DNA of 64,000 nucleotides, taken from Eledone cirrhosa (Eukaryota). The DNA lies in NCBI GenBank assembly GCA_964016885.1, contig OZ024743.1, positions 377,642,001-377,706,000 on the forward strand, written 5' to 3'. Each line of letters opens with the position of its first letter. Positions within the stretch are counted from its first letter, which is position 1. Positions 61,861 to 64,000 of this stretch are shown here, piece by piece. A model generated the notes under the pieces. The model saw nothing but the letters and a program-made list of their open reading frames with translations. It made no database searches and was not told the origin of the DNA. Made by a program: the position numbers and the translations under genes.

Positions 61861-62214
61861 ATATAATACTGTAATACAATGATCAACACAAGTCCACCAT
61901 ATACATGTGGTTCCAAGAAGCATGTGTCCTAACTTCAGCTTGTTGGGGTGGGTGGTTAAAAAGAAAAGATACCGGTACAAAATGTGCATTTGCATCAGAT
62001 TCTACAGCAACAAATGCTTGTGTAGATGGCTAGTGACTCTCACAAGTTCCTTTAATGGGTTTTGCTTTCATCCTACAGGCTGTCCAAAAAATACCCTCCT
62101 CACCAAGCAAGATTTGGTGTTGTTGCTGTCAAACCAGCCATGCAACAGGTTGTATTGGGTTACGTGTTACTGCTAGTGTCTAAGAGCAACCTGTCAATAC
62201 ATATATGTCGTTTT

Positions 62215-62480
62215 CGACAAGCGCTCCAATTGATTCAATCAACGAAACAGCTTGCTCAAACTTAATGTCCAATTGGTTGAGCATTCCAGAAAAACATGCA
62301 CCCTTCATGTAGTTCTCGGAGATTCAGTGTAACAAGGTTAGCCTCTTGAATTACAGATTCAACTCATTTTTGTCAACAGAGTGGACTGGAGGAAAGTGAA
62401 ATAAAGAGTCTTGCTCAAAGTCAACATGCAGCCAGATCATGAACTCAGCACCCTAATTACTAAACCCTGCACCTTCACAC
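62215..62480 (-). mobile_element. SINE
   Basis: ttgattcaatcaacg..cccttcatgtagttctc..ttgaattacag..gagtggactggag..gtcttgctcaa. Confidence 0.65.
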
Positions 62481-63461
62481 ACACACAATCCCCGAACAAA
62501 GTTTCACAAATTTCTAAGGTTTCCCCATACAGGATCATCTTCAGGCCCCACTATTTTATGGCGGGGACAGGGATCAAAACTTATCGAACTGATTCATAAT
62601 TTCAATAACACTATGATGATTTTCAATCAAAATTACCAATGTATACTACAAACAATACTTATTTTATCTATAGCAGAAATGATAAATAAGAAAGTAAATC
62701 TCGTAGAATTTGGCCTTCAAAATCCTTTAAGCCATCAAATTAATGGTGGTTAATTATTCAGCCCCACTTTGGCATACCACCAGAGATACCAACCTGGTTA
62801 TCAAAATATAATAATGAGATAGACAAAAAAGATGTAATTAATATATATATATATATATTTTTGGGGGTTTTTTTAATATTAAATAAAGATATAAAAAGTC
62901 GGAATATTAAATGATATATTTGATCTTTCTATTTAAATTCAGCTAAAATATATTTTTTCCTGCTCAACACACTAGATTTTTCTTTATCAATCAGGTAACA
63001 TAACTAACATTTAAACTAATCACGTGTGAAAACACACAACAGTAAACTTCAATATCGAATTCTGACAATGCAGTTGTTTATCAATTAATATCAACTAAAC
63101 TAGACAAGAACAGATTGTCTTTCTTTTTCATTTAAAATATTTTAGTATTTTTTTAAAAGCTCTAAATTGAATTATAGTAGTATTTATTTGAAGGTGAACA
63201 AATCTATTAGTTACAAATCTCGCCTAATTAAAACAGTTGTTCTATCTTAAGTAATAAACATCAACCCCGTATTCTTTTCACTGCAATGACACAAGAATAT
63301 CATTTGCAGTTTAAGAGAAAATAAATCTATTTTCAGCAATATTCTGGGGAATAAAACTCAACCATACAAATCTATTTTCTACAATGCTACAACAGAGCTA
63401 AAGGGATTTTTAATTCAATATATACGCACACCATTCTTCAATTTTACAGATACTAGCGTAT

Positions 63462-63465
<4 letters not shown>

Positions 63466-63522
<57 letters not shown>

Positions 63523-63685
63523 CATCTTCCATTCACTAATTCAAAGTACATAATGCAGAAGAATATATTGAATAAAATTTTAAACAAAAAAATTCCACTG
63601 CAGTCAAAATGTGTGTGTGTGTGTGTTTATATATATATATCAAATCTTTTATATAAATGAAAGAACAGAAAAGACAAAATATAGG

Positions 63686-63720
<35 letters not shown>

Positions 63721-63747
63721 TGTATATATATATATATATATACATAA

Positions 63748-63784
<37 letters not shown>

Positions 63785-63785
63785 G
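63466..63785. repeat. (TA)n, (GT)n and (TATG)n microsatellite cluster
   Basis: Directly visible; similar simple repeats occur at 144-170, 3439-3485, 53255-53330 and 53925-54015. Confidence 0.95.
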
Positions 63786-64000
63786 CAATGAATTGATTCT
63801 ACGGTTTGTGGGTTTCTATATTTATTAAGTAAATCAAGTGGCAATAATTTCAACCTAAGCACACACACTATATTAGTATGGGCTATTAAACATTTTTGAC
63901 GGTCGATGTTCGTTCATATCGCAAATCGGTGTAGATGATGATGATGATAATGCAAGTGCTCGTAAAAACAACAAATAATTAGTGAAGAAAATCTTTTGAT

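Overview
AT-rich eukaryotic DNA that is almost entirely non-coding and repeat-dense. The SINE/RTE/microsatellite mix resembles cephalopod (Octopus-like) genomes, but that is an inference. No host CDS can be called with confidence: the only host-gene signals are one good and one weak minus-strand micro-exon candidate. An ~18.7 kb array of ~455 41-bp monomers (27971-46666) dominates the window. It has variant domains and ~3.7-4.1 kb higher-order duplications, and its monomer and both flanks align to the 5' head of the local tRNA-derived SINE. The flanks contain 5'-truncated RTE-clade LINEs whose ORF carries a C4HC3 (PHD-like) finger just after the RT core, a second Rex3/Expander-like RTE family and CRE-clade restriction-like-endonuclease LINE fragments. 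They also hold two TTAA-flanked piggyBac-like MITE families, a hAT/Charlie-like MITE, a TA-flanked MITE, an 865-bp non-autonomous Helitron, many SINEs, several minisatellites and three fold-back hairpins. Two different RTE subfamilies have inserted at the same base of two separate MITE copies. Nearly all ORF-track entries are spurious or TE-derived.
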